In this document: positions 13,701 to 25,242 of the stretch, piece by piece
Position numbering within the stretch: the stretch's first letter is position 1
Layout of the letters: every line of letters begins with the position of its first letter
Assembly (NCBI GenBank): GCA_038087875.1
Contig: JAXLNO010000284.1
Coordinates: 1-64,000, forward strand
DNA length: 64,000 nt
Direction of reading: 5' to 3'
Origin: Malacoraja senta
Lineage: Eukaryota
Position numbers and translations under genes: made by a program
Notes under the pieces: generated by a model
Database searches by the model: none
What the model saw: only the letters and a program-made list of their open reading frames with translations
What the model was told of the DNA's origin: nothing

Positions 13701-15390
13701 GAAGTCACTGGTTGAACACACTACCAATGACCCTGCCCTGCAACAGCTGTCTGCCGTCATCCAGCGGGGCTGGCCCGACCGTCGTTCCGCAATGCCGGCT
13801 GGCGCCGTGCCCTACTTCCTGGTCCGTGACGAGCTCGTACTACACGACGGCGTGGTGGTGAAGGGTCACAAGGTGGTCGTGCCCGCGGCGCTGCATGACC
13901 ACTACTTTCAAGTCGCTCACCGCGGTCATCCTGGGGCCGAAGCCACCGTGTCTCTCGCCCGGAGCCAGTTCTATTACGGTATGGCCAAATACATCCGGGA
14001 GAGGGTCTCCTCGTGTTCCACCTGCAACAGCCTCGCCCCCCACCAGCAGCGTCAGCCGATTCTGCTGCAGCCCGCGCCCGAACTGCCCTGGATGGCGCTT
14101 CCCGCCGACATTTTCGAGTGGCGAGGCAAACACTTCCTGGTTCTCGTTGACTCCTACTCCAGCTGGTTTGTGGTCGACCGGCTGCACTCCCTAACCTCTT
14201 CGGCCATCATCGACAGGTTATACCCTCATTTTGGCACTTTTGGCCCCCCGGCAAGCCTGCAGTCGGACAATGGCAGCCAGTTCACGAGCTCCGAGTTTAA
14301 AGCTTTCGCTTCCAGGTGGAACTTCCACCATTTCACCAGCAGCCCGGAGTACCCGCAAAGCCACGGTCTGGCCGAGCGCGCCGTCCGCAGTGCGAAGAAC
14401 CTGCTGGAACAATGTGGTGGCATTAACTCCGATTTCTATCTGGCCCTCCTCAACCTCCGCAACATTTCCCGCGATTCTGCCATGGGTTCCCCTGCTCAGC
14501 GGCTCATGTCTCGCGCTACCAGACTCCCGCTCCCTGTGGCCCAGCGCTCCCACATAACCTCCGTCCTCCCGCCTGCGGCGGTTCAGAAACGCATTGCCTT
14601 CAGGCACGATGTCCAAAAGCGTTCCCATGACAGGTCCTGCCACGCGCTGCCACGCCTCTTCCCCGGTCAAGCTGTCCGTATGCAGACCAATTCCGATCAT
14701 TCCAAGCTCGCTACTGTCGGCGGCTCAGCGGGGTCGCCCAGGTCCTATCTCGTCGACCATGCGGGAGCCATTTACCGACGGTCCCGCCAGCACCTTCGGC
14801 TCGTCAACGATCCGCGTCCTCCTGCCGCGGATCCCTTTGCTCCCCCACTGCCGGCTTCGCGTCCGGGCGTTGATCTGCCCGTCCTTCCTAACATGCAACG
14901 TTCTACACCTCCTCAACTCCTTCCGTCCCACCCTACTCCGGCTAGTCCTCGCTCGCCTGCTCCTGCTCCCGCGTCACCTCCGGGTTTGGTGCCGCGGTCT
15001 CCTCCGTCTCCTCCCGTTTCCCCCTTTCAGGTTCGTCTGCCCCCATCTGTGCCTCTTCCTCCTGCGGGAAGGGAGGATGGCGAGACGCGAACCCGGTCGG
15101 GACGTCTTGTCAAACCGCCTGTCCGCTATGGCGATTTTGTTTAACTGTCCTAGCGCATGAGCCGTGGTCGCCCTGTCACCATTGTATTTGCCTGTCGTTT
15201 CGATGGGGAAGGCTGTAGATGACCTCATACCTACTAACCACTCCCCATATCACAAGTATAACTACAACCTCCCCACCCACAGATCGCTCTCTAGTTCCTG
15301 TGACAGACCACGTACAGCTAGTGCAATATGTAATGCTCCAGTATGAATAAAGATAGTAAAGTAACGATGCCTCGTTATAGATTCTTTACA
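10715..15390 (+). mobile_element. Ty3/Gypsy LTR retrotransposon, copy 2, defective (tandem duplicate of copy 1, offset 9687)
   Basis: LTRs at 10715-10918 and 15214-15390; same TSD, same flanking monomers and same lesions as copy 1. Two homopolymer length differences from copy 1, at about 12090 (G run) and about 13140 (A run). Confidence 0.97.
10990..15144 (+). pseudogene. Disrupted gag-pol of Gypsy copy 2
   Basis: ORF fragments 10918-11598, 11701-12051, 12109-12582, 12579-12899, 12906-13199 and 13324-15144 are near-identical to copy 1. Confidence 0.93.
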
Positions 15391-18300
15391 GCAAGGTCGA
15401 CACAAATGCGGCAAGGTAGCAATAAATCCGGCAAGGTCGCCATATTTCCGGCAAGGTCGCCATAAATCCGGCGAGGTCGCCATATTTCCGGCGAGGTCGC
15501 CATAAATCCGGCAAGGTCGCCAGAAATCTGCAAAGTCACCATAACTCCGGCAAGTTCGCCGTATTTCCAGCACGGTCCCCATAAATCCGGCTGGGGCGCC
15601 ATAAATCCAGCAAGGTCGCCACATCGCCGGCAAGGTCGCCATGAATCCGGCAAGGTCGCCACAAATCCGTCAAGGTCCCCACATTTCAGGCAAGGTCGCT
15701 ATAAATCCGGCAAGGTCGCCCCATATCCGGCAAGGTCGCCACATTTACGGCAATGTCGCCATTAATCCGGGAATGTCGCCATAAATCCGGCAAGGTCGCC
15801 ACATTTCGGGCAAGACCGCCATAAATCCGGCAAGGTCGCCACAAATCCGGCAAGGTCGCCACATTTCCGGCAAGGTCGCCATAAATCCGGCAAGGTCGCC
15901 ACAAATCCAGCAGGGTCGCCACAAATGCGGCAAGGTCGCCACATTTCCGGCAAGGTCGCCACATTTGCGGCAAGGTCGCCATAAATCCGGCAAGGTCGCC
16001 ACAAATAAGGCAAGGTCGCTACAATTCCGGCAAGGTGGCCATAAATCCGGCAAGGACGCCACAAATCCGGCAAGGTCGCCACATCCCCGGCAAGGTCGCC
16101 ATTAATCCGGGAATGTCGCCATAAATCCGGCAAGGTCGCCACATTTCCGGCAAGGTCGCCATGAATCTGGGAAGGTCGCCACAAATCCGGCAGGGTCGCC
16201 ACATTTCCTGCAACGTCGCCATATTTCCGGCAAGGTCACGATAAATCCGGCAAGCTCGACACAAATGCGGCAAGGTCGCAATAAACCCGGCAAGGTCTCC
16301 GTATTACCGGCAAGGTCGCCATAAATCCGGCGAGGTCGACACAAATGCGGCAAGGTCGCAATAAATCCGGCTAGGTCGCCATATTTCCGACAAGGTCGCC
16401 ATAAATCCGGCGAGGTCGCCATATTTCCGGCCAGGTCGCCATAAATCCGGCAAGGTCGGCGTAATTCCGGCGAGGTCGCCATATACCCGGCAAAGTCGCC
16501 ATAAATCCGGCAAGGTCGCCATAAATCTGCAAAGTCACCATAACTCCGGCAAGGTCGCCGTATTTCCGGCACGGTCGCCATAAATCCGGCTAGGACGCCA
16601 TAAATCCGGCAAGGTCGCCACAACCCCGGCAAGGTCGCCATGAATCCGGCAAGGTCGCCACAAATCCGTCAAGGTCGCCACATTTCAGGCAAGGTCGCCA
16701 TATATCCGGAAAGGTCGCCACAAATCCGGCAATGTCGCCACATTTCCGGCAAGGTCGCCATTAATCCGGGAATGGCGCCATAAATCCGGCCAGGTCGCCA
16801 CATTCCGGGCAAGATCGCCATAAATCCGGCAAGGTAGCCACAAATCCGGCAAGGTCGCCACATTTCCGGCAAGGTCGCCATAAATCCGGCAAGGTCGCCA
16901 CGAATCCAGCAGGGTCGCCACAAATGCGGCAAGGTCGCCACATTTCCGGCAAGGTCGCCACATTTCCGGCAAGGTCGCCATTAATCCGGGAATGTCGCCA
17001 TAAATCCGGCAAGGTCGCCACATTCCCGGCAAGGTCGCCATAAATCCGGCAAGATCGCCAGAAATCCGGCAACGTCGCCACATTTCCGGCAAGGTCGCCA
17101 TAAATCCGGCAAGGTCGCCACAAATCCGGCAAGGTCGCCACATTTCCGACAATGTCGCCATATTTCCGGCAAGGTCACCATAAATCCGGCAAGGTCGCCA
17201 CATTTCCGGCAAGGTCGCCATATTTCCCGCAAGGTCACCATAAATCCAGCAAGGTCGCCACAAATGCGGCAAGGTCGCCATATTTCCGGCAAGGTCGCCA
17301 TTAATCCGGCAAGGTCGCCACAAATCCGGCAAGGTCGCCACAAATCCGGCAAGGTTGCCATATTTCCGGCTATGTCGCCATAAATCCGGCAAGGTCGCCA
17401 CAAATCCGGCAAGGTCGTAATATTTCCGGCAAGGTCGCCATAAATCCGACAAGGTCGCCAGAAATCCGGCAAGGTCGCCATATTGCCGGCAAGGTCGCCA
17501 TAAATCCGGCTAGGTCGCCACATTTCCGGGAAGGTCACCATAAATACGGCAAGGTCGCCAGAAATCCAGCAACGTCGCAACAAATGCGGCAAGGCCGCCA
17601 CATTTCCGGCAAGGTCGCCATAAATTCGGCGTTAGCCGCAAATCCGACAAGGTCGTCATAAATCCGGCAAGGTCGCCACATTTCCGGCAAGATCGCCATA
17701 AATCCGGCAAGGTCGCCACAAATCCGGCAAGGTCGCCACATTTCCGGCAAGGTCGCCATAAATCCGGCGAGGTCGCCATATTTCCGGCCAGGTCGCCATA
17801 AATCCGGCAAGGTCGGCGTAATTCCGGCGAGGTCGCCATATATCCGGCAAAGTCGCCATAAATCCGGCAAGGTCGCCATAAATCTGCAAAGTCACCATAA
17901 CTCCGGCAAGGTCGCCGTATTTCCGGCACGGTCGCCATAAATCCGGCTAGGACGCCATAAATCCGGCAAAGTCGCCACAACACCGGCAAGGTCGCCATGA
18001 ATCCGGCAAGGTCGCCACAAATCCGTCAAGGTCGCCACATTTCAGGCAAGGTCGCCATATATCCGGCAAGGTCGCCACAAATCCGGCAATGTCGCCACAT
18101 TTCCGGCAAGGTCGCCATTAATCCGGGAATGGCACCATAAATCCGGCAAGGTCGCCACATTCCGGGCAAGATCGCCATAAATCCGGCAAGGTAGCCACAA
18201 ATCCGGCAAGGTCGCCACATTTCCGGCAAGGTCGCCATAAATCCGGCTAGGTCGCCACAAATCTAGCAAGGTCACCATAAATCCGGCAAGGTCGCCACAT

Positions 18301-20449
18301 TTCCGGCAAGGTCGCCATATTTCCCGCAAGGTCACCATAAATCCAGCAAGGTCGCCACAAATGCGGCAAGGTCGCCATATTTCCGGCAAGGTCGCCATTA
18401 ATCCGGCAAGGTCGCCACAAATCCGGCAAGGTCGCCACAAATCCGGCAAGGTTGCCATATTTCCGGCTATGTCGCCATAAATCCGGCAAGGTCGCCACAA
18501 ACCCGGCAAGGTCGTAATATTTCCGGCAAGGTCGCCATAAATCCGACAAGGTCGCCCCAAATCCGGCAAGGTCGCCATATTGCCGGCAAGGTCGCCATAA
18601 ATCCGGCAAGGTCGCCACATTTCCGGGAAGGTCACCATAAATACGGCAAGGTCGCCAGAAATCCAGCAAGGTCGCAACAAATGCGGCAAGGCCGCCACAT
18701 TTCCGGCAAGGTCGCCATAAATTCGGCGTTAGCCGCAAATCCGACAAGGTCGTCATAAATCCGGCAAGGTCGCCACATTTCCGGCAAGATCGCCATAAAT
18801 CCGGCAAGGTCGCCACAAATCCGGCAAGGTCGCCACATTTCCGGCAAGGTCGCCATAAATCCGGCAAGGTCGGCGTAATTCCGGCGAGGTCGCCATATAT
18901 CCGGCAAAGTCGCCATAAATCCGGCAAGGTCGCCATAAATCTGCAAAGTCACCATAACTCCGGCAAGGTCGCCGTATTTCCGGCACGGTCGCCATAAATC
19001 CGGCTAGGACGCCATAAATCCGGCAAGGTCGCCACAACCCCGGCAAGGTCGCCATGAATCCGGCAAGGTCGCCACAAATCCGTCAAGGTCGCCACATTTC
19101 AGGCAAGGTCGCCATATATCCGGCAAGGTCGCCATAAACCCGGCAAGGTGGCCATATTTCCGGCAAGGTCGCCATAAATCCGGCGAGGTCGCCATATTTC
19201 CGGCGAGTTCGCCATAAATCCGGCAAGGTCGCTATAATTCCGGCGAGGTCGCCATATTTCCGGTAAAGTCGCCATAAATCCGGCAAGGTCGCCATAAATC
19301 TGCAAAGTCGCCATAACTCCGGCACGGTCGCCGTATTTCCGGCTCGATCGCCATAAATCCGGCTAGGACGCCATAAATACGGCAAGGTAGCCACAATTCC
19401 GGCAAGGTCGCCATAAATCCGGCAAGGTCGCCACAAATCCGGTCAGGTCGCCATATTTCCGTCAATGTCGCCATAAACTCGGCAAGGTAGCCACAAATTC
19501 GGCAAGTACGCCACATCACCGGCAAGGTCGCCACATTTCCGGCAAGGTCGCCATAAATCCGGCAAGGTCGCCACATATCCCACAAGGTCGCCATAAATCA
19601 GGCATGGTCGCCACAAATCCGGCAAGGTCGCCACATTTGCGGCAAGGTCGCCATAAATCCGGCATGGCCGCCACAAATACGACAAGGTCGCCACAATTCC
19701 GGCAAGGTCGCCATAAATCCGGCAAGGTCGCCACAAATCCGGTCAGGTCGCCACATCCCCGTCAAGGTCGCCATAAATCGGGCAAGGTCGCCACAAATCC
19801 GTCAAGGTCGCCACATTTCAGGCAAGGTCGCCATAAATCCGGCAAGGTCGCCGTAAATCCGGCAAGGTCGCCACATTTCCGGCAAGGTCGCCACATTTCC
19901 GGCAAGATCGCCATAAATCCGGCAACGTCGCCACAAATCCGGCAAGGTCGCCACATTTCCCGCAAGGTCGCCATAAATACGGCAAGGTCGCCATAAATCC
20001 GGCAAGGTCGCCACAAATGCAGCAAGGTCGCCACATTTCCGGCAAGGTCGCCATAAATCCGGCAAGGTCGCCACATTTCCGGCAAGGTCGCCACATTTCC
20101 GGCAAGGTCGCCATAAATCCGGCAAGGTGGCCAGAAATCCGGCAAGGTCGTCACATTTCCGGCAAGGTCGCCATAAATACGGCAAGGTCGCCACAAATCC
20201 AGCAAGGTGGCCACAAATGCGGCAAAGTCGCCACATTTCTGGCAAGTTCGCCATAAATTCGGCGTTCGCCACAAATCCGGCAAGGGCGCCACATTTCCGG
20301 CAAGATCGCCACAAATCCGGCAAGGTCGCCACATTTCCGGCAAGGTCGCCACATTTCCGGCAAGTTCGCCATTAATCCGGGAATGTCGCCATAAATCCGG
20401 CAAGGTTGCCACATTCCCGGCAAGGTCGCCGCAAATCCGACAAGGTCGC
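15391..20449. repeat. 20-bp tandem satellite, segment 3 (right end of the array)
   Basis: 15391 to about 19285 matches 5704 to about 9598; the remainder has a different monomer order; ends abruptly at the inverted LTR. Confidence 0.98.
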
Positions 20450-21451
20450 TGTAAAGAGGCCATAACGACACATCGTTACTTTACTATCTTTATTCATACT
20501 GGAGCATTACAGATTGCACTAGCTGTACGTGGTCTGTCACAGGAACTAGAGAGCGATCTGTGGGTGGGGAGGTTGTAGTTATACTTGTGATATGCGGAGT
20601 GGTTAGTAGATATGAGGCCACTATGTTAAAGGCACATGCATATATCATCAACATCCTTCCCCTTGGAAACGACAGGCAAATATAATAGTGACAGGGCGAC
20701 CACGGCTCATGCGCTAGGACAGTTAAACAAAATCGCCATAGCGGACAGGCGGTTTGACAAGACGTCCCGACCGGGTTCGCATCTCGCCATCCTCCCTTCC
20801 GGCAGGCACCGATGGGGGCAGACGAACCTGAAAGGGGGAAACGGGAGGAAACGGAGGAGACCGCGGCACCAAAAGCGGAGGTGATGCGGGTTCAGGAGCG
20901 GGCAGAGCGCGGGCAGGCGAGCGAGGACTAGCCGGAGTAGGGTGGGACGGAAGGAGTTGAGGTGGTGTAGACCGTAGCATGTTAGGAAGAACGGGCAGAG
21001 CATCGCCCTGACGCGAAAACGGCAGTGGGGGAGCAAAGGGATCCGCGGCAGCAGGACGCGGCTCGTTGACGACCCGAAGGTGCTGGCAGGACCGTCGGTA
21101 AATGGCTCCCGCATGGTCGACAAGATAAGACCTGGGCGACCCCGCAGAGCCGACGGCGGTAGCGAGCTTAGAATGACCGGAAGGGGTCTGCATACGGACA
21201 ACTTGACCGGGGAAGAGGCGCGGCAGCGGGTGGCAGGACCTGTCATGGGAACGCTTTTGGACATCGTGCTTGCAGGCAATGCGTTTCTGAACCGCAGCAG
21301 GCGTGAGGACAGACGGTATGAGGGAGCGCTGGGCCACAGGGAGCGGGAGTCTGGTAGCGCGAGACATGAGCCGCTGAGCAGGGGAACCCATGGCAGAATC
21401 GCGGGAAATGTTGCGGAGGTTGAGGAGGGCCAGATAGAAATCGGAGTTAAT
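20450..21451 (-). mobile_element. Gypsy copy 3 (same family, diverged): 3' LTR plus integrase C-terminus, truncated by CR1
   Basis: 204-bp LTR at 20450-20653 without the 27-bp deletion; purine tract GGGGAAGGA; ORF ends RTRSGRLVKPPVRYGDFV as in copies 1 and 2, with many substitutions. Confidence 0.93.
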
Positions 21452-21543
21452 ACATAGATACATAGAAAATAGGTGCAGGAGTAGGCCATTCGGCCCTTCG
21501 AGCCTGCACCGCCATTCAATATGATCATGGCTGATCATCCAAC

Positions 21544-24360
21544 TCAATATCCCGTAACTGCCTTCTCTCCATACCCCCTGATCCCTTTAGCCACAAGGGC
21601 CACATCTAACTCCCTCTTAAATATAGCCAACGAACTGGCCTCAACTACGCTCTGTGGCAGAGAGTTCCAGAGATTCACCACTCTCTGTGTGAAAAAGTTT
21701 TTCCTCATCTCGGTCTTAAAGGATTCCCCCCTTATTCTTAAGCTGTGACCCCTTGTCCTGGACTTCCCCAACATCGGGAACAATCTTCCTGCATCTAGCC
21801 TGTCCAACCCCATAAGAATTTTGTACGTTTCTATAAGATCCCCTCTCAATCTCCTAAATTCTAGCGAGTATAAGCCAAGTCTATCCAGTCTTTCTTCATA
21901 TGAAAGTCCTGACATCCCAGGAATCAGTCTGGTGAACCTTCTCTGCACTCCCTCTATGGCTATAATGTCCTTCCTCAGATTTGGAGACCAAAACTGTACG
22001 CAATACTCCAGGTGTGGTCTCACCAAGACCCTGTACAAGTGCAGTAGAACCTCTCTGCTCCTATACTCAAATCCTCTTGCTATGAAGGCCAACATACCAT
22101 TCGCTTTCTTCACTGCCTGCTGCACCTGCATGCCTACTTTCAATGACTGGTGTACCATGACACCCAGGTCTCGCTGCATCTCCCCATTTCCTAAACGGCC
22201 ACCATTTAGATAATAGTCTGCCTTCCCGTTTTTGCCACCAAAGTGGATGACCTCACATTTATCCACATTATACTGCATCTGCCAAACATTTGCCCACTCA
22301 CCCAGCCTATCCAAGTCACCTTGCAGTCTCCTAGCATCCTCCTCACAGCTAACACTGCCCCCCAGCTTAGTATCATCCGCAAACTTGGAGATGTTGCTTT
22401 CAATTCCCTCGTCCAGATCATTAATATAAATTGTAAATAGCTGGGGTCCCAGCACTGAGCCTTGCGGTACCCCACTAGTCACTGCCTGCCATTGTGAAAA
22501 GGACCCGTTTACTCCTACTCTTTGCTTCCTGTTTGCCAGCCAGTTCTCTATCCACATCAATACTGAACCCCCAATACCGTGTGATTTAAGTTTGTATCCT
22601 AATCTCTTATGTGGTACCTCGTCGAAAGCCTTCTGAAAGTCCAGATACAACACATCCACTGGTTCTCCCCTATCCACTCTGCTAGTTACATCCTCGAAAA
22701 ATTCTATAAGATTCGTCAGACACGATTTACCTTTCGTAAATCCATGCTGACTTTGTCCAATGATTTCACCACTTTCCAAATGTGCTGCTATCCCATCTTT
22801 AATAACTGACTCTAGCAGTTTCCCCACTACCGATGTTAGACTGGTCTGTAATTCCCCGTTTTCTCTCTTCCTCCCTTCTTAAAAAGTGGGGTTACGTTTG
22901 CTACCCTCCAATCCTCAGGAACTACTCCAGAATCTAAAGAGTTTTGAAACATTATCACTAATGCATCCACTATTTCTGGAGCTACTTCCTTAAGTACTCT
23001 GGGATGCAGCCTATCTGGCCCTGGTGATTTATCGGCCTTTAATCCATTCAATTTACCCAACACCACTTCCCGACTAACCTGGATTTCACTCAGTTCCTCC
23101 ATCTCCTTTGACCCGCGGCCCCCTGCTATTTCCGGCAGATTATTTATGTCTTCCTTAGTGAAGACGGAACCAAAGTAGTTATTCAATTGGTCCGCCATAT
23201 CTTTGTTCCCCATGATCAATTCACCTGTTTCTGACTGCAAGGGACCTACATTTGTTTTAACTAATCTCTTTCTCTTCACATATCTATAAAAACGTTTGCA
23301 GTCAGTTTTTATGTTCCCTGCCAGTTTCCTTTCATAATCTATTTTCCCATTCCTAATTAAGCCCTTTGTCCTCCTCTGCTGGTCTCTGAATTTCTCCCAG
23401 TCCTCTGGTATGCTGCTTTTTCTGGCTAATTTGTACGCATCATCTTTTGCTTTGATACTATCCCTGATTTCCCTTGTTATCCACGGATGCACTACCTTCC
23501 CTGATTTATTCTTTTGCCAAACTGGGATGAACAATTTGTGTAGTTCATCCATGCAGTCTTTAAATGCCTTCCATTGCATATCCACCGTCAACCCTTTTAG
23601 AACTAATTGCCAGTCAATCTTGGCCAATTCACGTCTCATACCCTCAAAGTTACCTTTCTTTAAGTTCAGAACCGTTGTTTCTGAATTAACAATGTCACTC
23701 TCCATCCTAATGAAGAACTCAACCATATTATGGTCACTCTTGCCCAAGGGGGCACGCACAACAAGTCTGCTAACTAACCCTTCCTCATTACTCAATACCC
23801 AGTGTATAATAGCCTGCTCTCTCGTTGGTTCCTCTACATGTTGGTTTAGATAACTATCCCTCATACATTCCAAGAAATCCTCTTCCTCCGCACCCCTGCC
23901 AATTTGATTCACCCAATCTATATGTAGATTGAAGTCACCCATTATAACTGTTTTGCCTTTGTTGCACGCATTTCTAATTTCCTGTTTGATGCCATCCCCA
24001 ACTTCACTACTACTGCTAGGTGGCCTGTACATAACACCCACCAGCGTTTTCTGCCCCTTAGTGTTTCGCAGCTCTACCCATACCGATCCCACATTCTCCA
24101 AGCTAATGTCCTTCCTTTCCACTGCGTTAATCTCCTCTCTAACCAGCAACGCTACCCCACCTCCTTTTCCTTTCTCTCTATCCCTCCTGAATATTGAATA
24201 TCCCTGGATGTTCAGCTCCCAGCCTTGGTCACCCTGGAGCCATGTCTCCGTGATCCCAACTATATCATAATCATTAATTGCTATCTGCACGTTCAACTCA
24301 TCCACCTTATTACGAATGCTCCTTGCATTGAGACACAAAGCCTTCAGGCTTGTTTTTACA
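21544..24360 (-). pseudogene. CR1 ORF2 (endonuclease plus reverse transcriptase), one frameshift at about 22840
   Basis: ORFs 22836-24710 and 21544-22827 join across the YRPV-SLTSVVGK motif. Confidence 0.9.
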
Positions 24361-24678
24361 ACGCTCTTACCCCTTATACAATTATGTTGAAAAGTGGCCC
24401 TTTTTGATTTTTGCCCTGGATTTGTCTGCCTGCCACTTTTACTTTTCACCTTGCTACCTATTGCTTCCGCCCGCATTTTACACCCCTCTGTTTCTCTGCT
24501 CACCCATTTAAGAACCCCACCACCTCTTATTGTCTGTTTATTGTTTTCTTCTTTCCCCCCTACATGTTGGGTCTGAGTGCTTTCCTTCTCTGCCTCCTGC
24601 CTCACACACTGTCTAATAGCATTCTCTATTTGAGTCCCTCCCCCCAACCATTCTAGTTTAAAGTCTCCCCAGTAGCCT

Positions 24679-25240
24679 TTACAGATCTCCCCGCCAGGAT
24701 AACCTTCCACAAAAGAGGTCCAAATGATCCAGAAATTTGAATCCCTGCCTTCTGCACCAGTCCTTCAGCCACGCATTTATCCTCCACCTCGCTCCATTCC
24801 TACTCTCACTGTCGCGTGGCACAGGCAGTAATCCCGAGATTGTTACCTTTGCTGTCCTTCTCTTTAACTCCCCTCCTAACTCCCTAAATTCTCCTTTCAT
24901 GACCTCTTCTCTTTTTTTACCTATGTCATTGGTACCTATATGTACCACGACCTCGAGCTCCTCTCCCTGCCCTTTCAGGATATCTTGGACACGTTGAGAC
25001 ACATCACAGACCCTGGCACCAGGGAGGCAAACTACCATCCGGGTCTCCCGACTGCGTCCACAGTATCGCCTGTCTGACCCCCTAATTATAGAGTCCCCCA
25101 TTAGTATTGCCCTCCTCTTCTTTTCCTTACCCTTCTGAGCAACAGGGCCGGTCTCTATACCGGAGGCCCGGCCGCTGTTGCTACCCCAGGTAGGCTGTCC
25201 CCCCGAAGTGCTCAAACAGGAGTACTTATTGTCAAAGGTA
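24679..25240 (-). pseudogene. CR1 ORF1, C-terminal SGNH esterase part
   Basis: DNKYS...MGDSIIRGSDRR...CLPGARV...VVHIGTNDIG. Confidence 0.85.
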
Positions 25241-25242
25241 CA

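Noticed and set aside
1..20449. CRISPR-like array beside an RT/integrase
   Set aside because: No unique spacers (only a 4-5 nt low-diversity variable segment), no cas genes, and a vertebrate context.
206..20471. Dozens of minus-strand ORFs of the type MATLPDLWRPCRIYGDLAGF
   Set aside because: A stop-free 20-bp monomer gives the same 20-aa peptide in all three frames every 60 bp; these are satellite artefacts, not genes.
20707..21547. 273-274 aa ORFs with novel N-termini
   Set aside because: Chance fusion of the CR1 3' UTR to the truncated Gypsy integrase.
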